A stretch of DNA of 64,000 bases from Amoebidium appalachense. Its lineage: Eukaryota > Protista > Ichthyosporea. Of the stretch, positions 59,816-64,000 are shown in pieces. The notes beneath the pieces were generated by a model. It searched no databases. It saw only the letters and a program-made list of their open reading frames with translations, and was not told where the DNA came from. Numbering within the stretch: the stretch's first letter is position 1; each line of letters opens with the position of its first letter. The translations under genes were made by a program, and so were the position numbers. The stretch covers positions 5,766,001 through 5,830,000 of the forward strand of contig CAVNZM010000014.1 in the NCBI GenBank assembly GCA_963693365.1, read 5' to 3'.

Positions 59816-60486
59816 GGGCCTGTTTGGCAACCCGGGTTTAGGGTCCTAAATCCGGATTACGGGCGATTTTGGGTTTAGCGCTAAATCCAAATCTCAAAAT
59901 CCAGCCGCTGCCAAACAGACGGCCAGATCCGGTCACGTAAATCTGGGTTTCAAACCCCTCGGACATGGCCGTAATCTGGATTCCACTAATCCACCTCGGG
60001 AGGTGGATTAGCGCGAAATCCTTTCAGGTCCTGAATGTCCGACCCAATGAATGTTCATTTTATGGAACTATATATGGTGTCCTTTTGCACCAATCGTCGA
60101 TAGTTTGAAGTGGCCAAAAAAGGATTGTTGAAAGGGCGCCAAACCAAACTTCCGTTGCTGGCAGCATGTGGATACTGAGTGGGCTGCGACAGCTGTGCCT
60201 TGAACTGCGACACCTGCACCAACGCACGGACTTGCACGTGGGGAACGTTATAAAAACAGACACGCACCTCACTTCTCATTCTTTTCCTACCCTCTGCGGC
60301 CGTCCAGCCCGAGTCTTCCAGTAGCACAGTACACTTGTAGATAATCTTGTTTGAACCGACAAGATGCCTGCAAACCTCAACATCGAATCACAGAGTGACA
60401 GTCCCCCACAGTCAGCCAAACCGTCGACTGAGGCGGTTGAAAAGACACGTATGAGATTTACGGGAGAAGAAAGTGACATATACTAA
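59816..60486 (+). mobile_element. Probable left end of a PIF/Harbinger DNA transposon, with a short ORF (60364-60486) resembling the start of a Myb/SANT-like domain
   Basis: TAA followed by GGGCCTGTTTGG (PIF/Tourist-type TIR and TSD), subterminal AATCC/GGATT repeats, a 12-bp hairpin at 59986-60011, and a 40-aa ORF ending RMRFTGEESD. No right TIR seen. Confidence 0.5.
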
Positions 60487-60524
60487 TCCGTCTCAGCAGA
60501 TTAGCCTAAGTCTACGATCGAGAT

Positions 60525-60561
<37 letters not shown>

Positions 60562-60698
60562 GGCCCGGGTCCACAGATCATCAAGATCAAGTCCGGGGCC
60601 TCAAGATAGCTGTACAGCTGCGTGCATCTTGCCTCTGCCGGCGCAGGGCATTGGACCACGTCAGCCGGGACAGCCGTCCAATAGAATTCTAATTAGTG

Positions 60699-61207
60699 TG
60701 TAGGATAGATCGTAGGAGGACTTAGGAATGTCATTGTTCGGGCAGAAGCCCTTTTGTAAGGATTGGCAAGGTTTGATAGTATATGTTGCCAAACGTATTT
60801 ATATATTTAGATGTAGAGGAAAGGGGGGAGGGAGGGGGGGGAGGATAGTATGAAATGTAGATTTAGACTCTGCGGTGCCACTAGGGGGAGGGTGAGGGGT
60901 GAGACTTGGATAAATATATTAGTTGAGTAGATCGACTTAGCTCGTGCAGGCGCACGATAAAAGTAGATCGGAATGTTAATGGAATGTGGCATCGTAGGGG
61001 GCCAGGTGATGATGATCTTGTAGGGCACGGCCTTGATGGCCTCAGTCGTAACTTAGACTCAATCCGTACGGATCTAAGTTTGCCCGTCGGAGCCTGGTCT
61101 TAATAAACTTTACCGTTTTTCTGTACACGTTCGTTCCTTTTCGTGTGTGTACACTTAGTAGAGTGCCGCGTCTCTAGTACACATACATTAGGATACGACA
61201 AGCTACA
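60699..61207 (+). repeat. Candidate 5' LTR of the Gypsy element; boundaries uncertain, could start at 60561
   Basis: TGTAG...CTACA termini, AATAAA near 61103, just upstream of gag. The second LTR is not in the window. Confidence 0.35.
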
Positions 61208-61286
61208 CCTTTCTTTTAGTGCGGTTTTTCGCGCTAGGGTAACGCGGTGACAGTTCCTTCTGGGCTGTTGCTACACCTCAAACACA

Positions 61287-61324
<38 letters not shown>

Positions 61325-61362
61325 ATAAACACAACCACACGAGTTAGGGCACACACCACACA

Positions 61363-62697
61363 ATGGCTAAGTTTAACGTAGACATGTTCTACGCATTGGC
61401 AGCGGAGGATAGCTCCCTGCACACACAGGTACCACAGGTTCATACACTAGACGTTAGACAGACCACAGCTTTCAGTTTTACACTCAAACACGACTCGGAA
61501 ATCCCTAGGTGGCTTAGGACACTCCTAGCTAACACACCCACACTAGTGTTAGACACAAAGAAGGCCCCCACTGTGGCGGCCTCGTGCTTAATGATCAAAC
61601 AGTGCATCGACCACAAAACAATGGCCGACTTATGCACCCTGATGGAGGAGCACCCGTACCGGGCCGAGCAGGCCCCCCAGGTGACGGCTCGTATATACGA
61701 GCAGCAGTACGACGAGGGGAGGGACGAGATGGTGTCCCGGACACTCGGCCAGAAACGTCTGGCCGCACGGTTCATCCCCGACGACGAGGACGAGAACAGC
61801 ACCGACGACGTGGATGGGGAGCTCGAGGCCTTCACACGGCCGGAAAACGAGCTCGAGTATACGGCCCGGCTCGTCGGCCGATACCTGACGGCCGACCGGC
61901 GCCGTACCTTCCGGGCCCAGCTCAGAGAATGGAAGTATACCTTTCCCACACTAGATATGTCCCCCGTAGAAGCTCGTGCATTCTTTGAGAGGGAATATCG
62001 GGTCTTTGAGGACCTTTGTGAGTTAGCTGGTGACGTGAGTGATAGGGAAAAATTCGAGTTTGCTCGTAAGGCTCTCTCTGTAAACACAGACACTGCACGC
62101 ATGTTTGGGGAGCATGATGATGTAGATGAGGTGGTGTTGCATGTTAAACGTCACTTGCTTGCCATGCACGAGGTGAAGTTCAATAAGAGGGATAAAAAGG
62201 AGGTGATGGAAGTAGACAAGAAAAAGAAGGAGAGTGGACAGAAGGGGGAAAAAGAGAAAAAAGAGGGTGAACAGCCAGATGCACTCACCATGTTGGTCAA
62301 GCAGGTTGCCGAGCTCTCCCAGGCCGTCTTTTCTGGCCGAGGGGGCTTCGGCTTCCGAGGTGGCCGTGGCGGCGACCGGGGTGGACACGGCGGTCGTGGC
62401 CGAGGTGGACGTGGAGGACAACAGCAGCAGTTCACCGAGAGGTTTGCCCCTTATCTTGCTCGTGGTGGTGGGCAGGGTAGAGGGAGGGGTGGAAATGGTG
62501 GTGAGAGAGGCCGAGGGGGGCAGGGGGGAAGGGGGGGCCGTGGTGCACACGGTGGGCCCCCCCAGCATGACCGGGCTCCCGGTTATGCTTTGCGCCAAGG
62601 TTTTGAAGTCCCCCCTGGCCCCTTCTTTGGTGCATGTTACTTTTGTGGCCGGCAAGGGCACTCTGCTGCATATTGCCGTAGTTACAAGAGCTATTGA
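61363..62697 (+). CDS. gag: Retrotransposon Gag-like protein (444 aa) with an RGG-rich region and one CCHC zinc knuckle
   Basis: CYFCGRQGHSAAYC = CX2CX4HX4C at the C-terminus, upstream of a retropepsin ORF. Confidence 0.85.
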   Translation: MAKFNVDMFYALAAEDSSLHTQVPQVHTLDVRQTTAFSFTLKHDSEIPRWLRTLLANTPTLVLDTKKAPTVAASCLMIKQCIDHKTMADLCTLMEEHPYRAEQAPQVTARIYEQQYDEGRDEMVSRTLGQKRLAARFIPDDEDENSTDDVDGELEAFTRPENELEYTARLVGRYLTADRRRTFRAQLREWKYTFPTLDMSPVEARAFFEREYRVFEDLCELAGDVSDREKFEFARKALSVNTDTARMFGEHDDVDEVVLHVKRHLLAMHEVKFNKRDKKEVMEVDKKKKESGQKGEKEKKEGEQPDALTMLVKQVAELSQAVFSGRGGFGFRGGRGGDRGGHGGRGRGGRGGQQQQFTERFAPYLARGGGQGRGRGGNGGERGRGGQGGRGGRGAHGGPPQHDRAPGYALRQGFEVPPGPFFGACYFCGRQGHSAAYCRSYKSY

Positions 62698-62729
62698 GTT
62701 CCGGGGGAGGGGGAAGCTGGGGTCACTGA

Positions 62730-64000
62730 GGGAGGGGGGGGGACAGTATCGGTCCCCCCCAGGTTGCAGAGAACCTTCACCCTCCCCCACCCCAGGTTAA
62801 GCTTCCCTTTGCCCCCTCACCGCCCCGATACGTGTGGGAGCCGGGCATCGTCGTGGGTCCTCAAGACAGCGTCGAGGTGGTATGGCATGAATGTTTGTGG
62901 GGTGACTCTACCAAAGGTATGAATGGTGTGAATGTTTTGTGGTTGGGGGAGGTTCCCCAGCCACAAGTGGATGGTCTCAGTGTTTCTTGTCCCAACCCGG
63001 TGTTTGTTCTAACCACACCGGAGGGGGTTTCTGTGCCATTGTTTCCGGGAGGGGGGGGGACACACACGAGTAAAGGGGGAAGGGGGGGGAAGGCACAGAC
63101 ACATAGAAACACACCACCACAACAACATACGACGGTTGCAGACACACCTACACCCACACACACACCCACACATACACCACACACACACACACCACCCACC
63201 CACACATCACACACACACACTCCACCACCACCCACATCACATACACACCCCACCCCACCCGTGCAGGCACCACAGGTAGGTATGTTGCACGTAGGTATCG
63301 AGGGTGTGAGTCTTCGTGGGCAGGGATTGGGAGTGAGTGATGATGTGTTGCTTGAATTGGAGGAGGATTTAGTTGGTTTTAGCCGGCATTATATAGACGT
63401 ATGGTTAGCTGATGGTAAGTTGAAGGCTGTTGCTTTGCTCGATGGAGGGGCTCAGGTTAATTGTGTGCATGCTTCGTTTATTCGTCGTTTTAATCAGGCC
63501 GGGGGGGAAATTCCTATATTAGATGCTTCTAGCACAGCCTTAGGTAGTGCTAATAATAGTAGTATGTCTGTGGAAGGTGTTTGTGTGTTGCCGTGTGAGA
63601 TAGGTGGCCAGGCTATGCATATTGCTTGTTATGTGGTTAAGGATTTAGCTCAAAGTGTTTTGTTGGGAGCCCCATTTTTCCGTAGACATGTGAATGCTTT
63701 GTTTGAACGTACGAATGTTTTAGAATTGCAGTCCGGCGTTAAAATTAAAACCCATGATGGGCTCGACGGTTATCAGTCTGGTGCTAGAACGGTAGCTGAA
63801 GTAGTAATCGAGCCTTATCAGTGCCAAACGGTACGTGTCCGGGCCGGCAATCATGTTAGGATAGGGGATTTAGGGGTTTTTACTCCGAAAACCCCATTTC
63901 AGGAGGTGGCCCAATGGACCCTTAGTAGGGTATGGCCGGATAAGACAATAGAAATAGAATTAGTGAATCCGGGCATCGAGCCTATAGTGATTAGGTCAGG
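62730..64000 (+). CDS. pol: Pol ORF, partial and running off the window: aspartic protease followed by a possible dUTPase-like beta segment; Ty3/Gypsy-type
   Basis: Hand translation is stop-free from 62730 to the end and contains AVALLDGGAQVNCV, SANNSSMSVEG, CYVVKDLAQSVLLGAPFF. RT and integrase are not visible, so the Gypsy assignment is inferred. Confidence 0.8.

Noticed and set aside
61440-62790. Minus-strand 220-aa and 255-aa ORFs
   Set aside because: Antisense shadows of the GC-rich gag ORF.

Overview
Eukaryotic nuclear DNA from an intron-rich organism, possibly an opisthokont protist (inference only). Introns are packed with poly(C)/poly(G) runs and (CA)n/(GT)n/(GA)n microsatellites, and these produce most of the long ORFs in the supplied track. 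Splicing by hand gives six genes: an AGC (PKA-like) kinase (-), a C2H2 zinc-finger factor (+), an F-box/LRR protein (+), Elongator subunit ELP2 (-), ALG14 (+) and cytosolic Phe-tRNA synthetase alpha FARSA (+, 13 exons). There are also three orphan ORFs, a probable PIF/Harbinger left end and the 5' part of a Ty3/Gypsy retrotransposon (gag, protease). The strongest candidates for something undescribed are: (1) a dispersed intronic repeat with about 12 copies, variable 5' truncation, a 3' end running into poly(C) instead of poly(A), always sense to the host gene, and a covarying structured core; (2) a splice-site architecture in which weak donors abut C-runs or (GT)n/G-runs and many acceptors have (CA)n in place of a polypyrimidine tract. 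All gene models are manual, with no database or RNA evidence.
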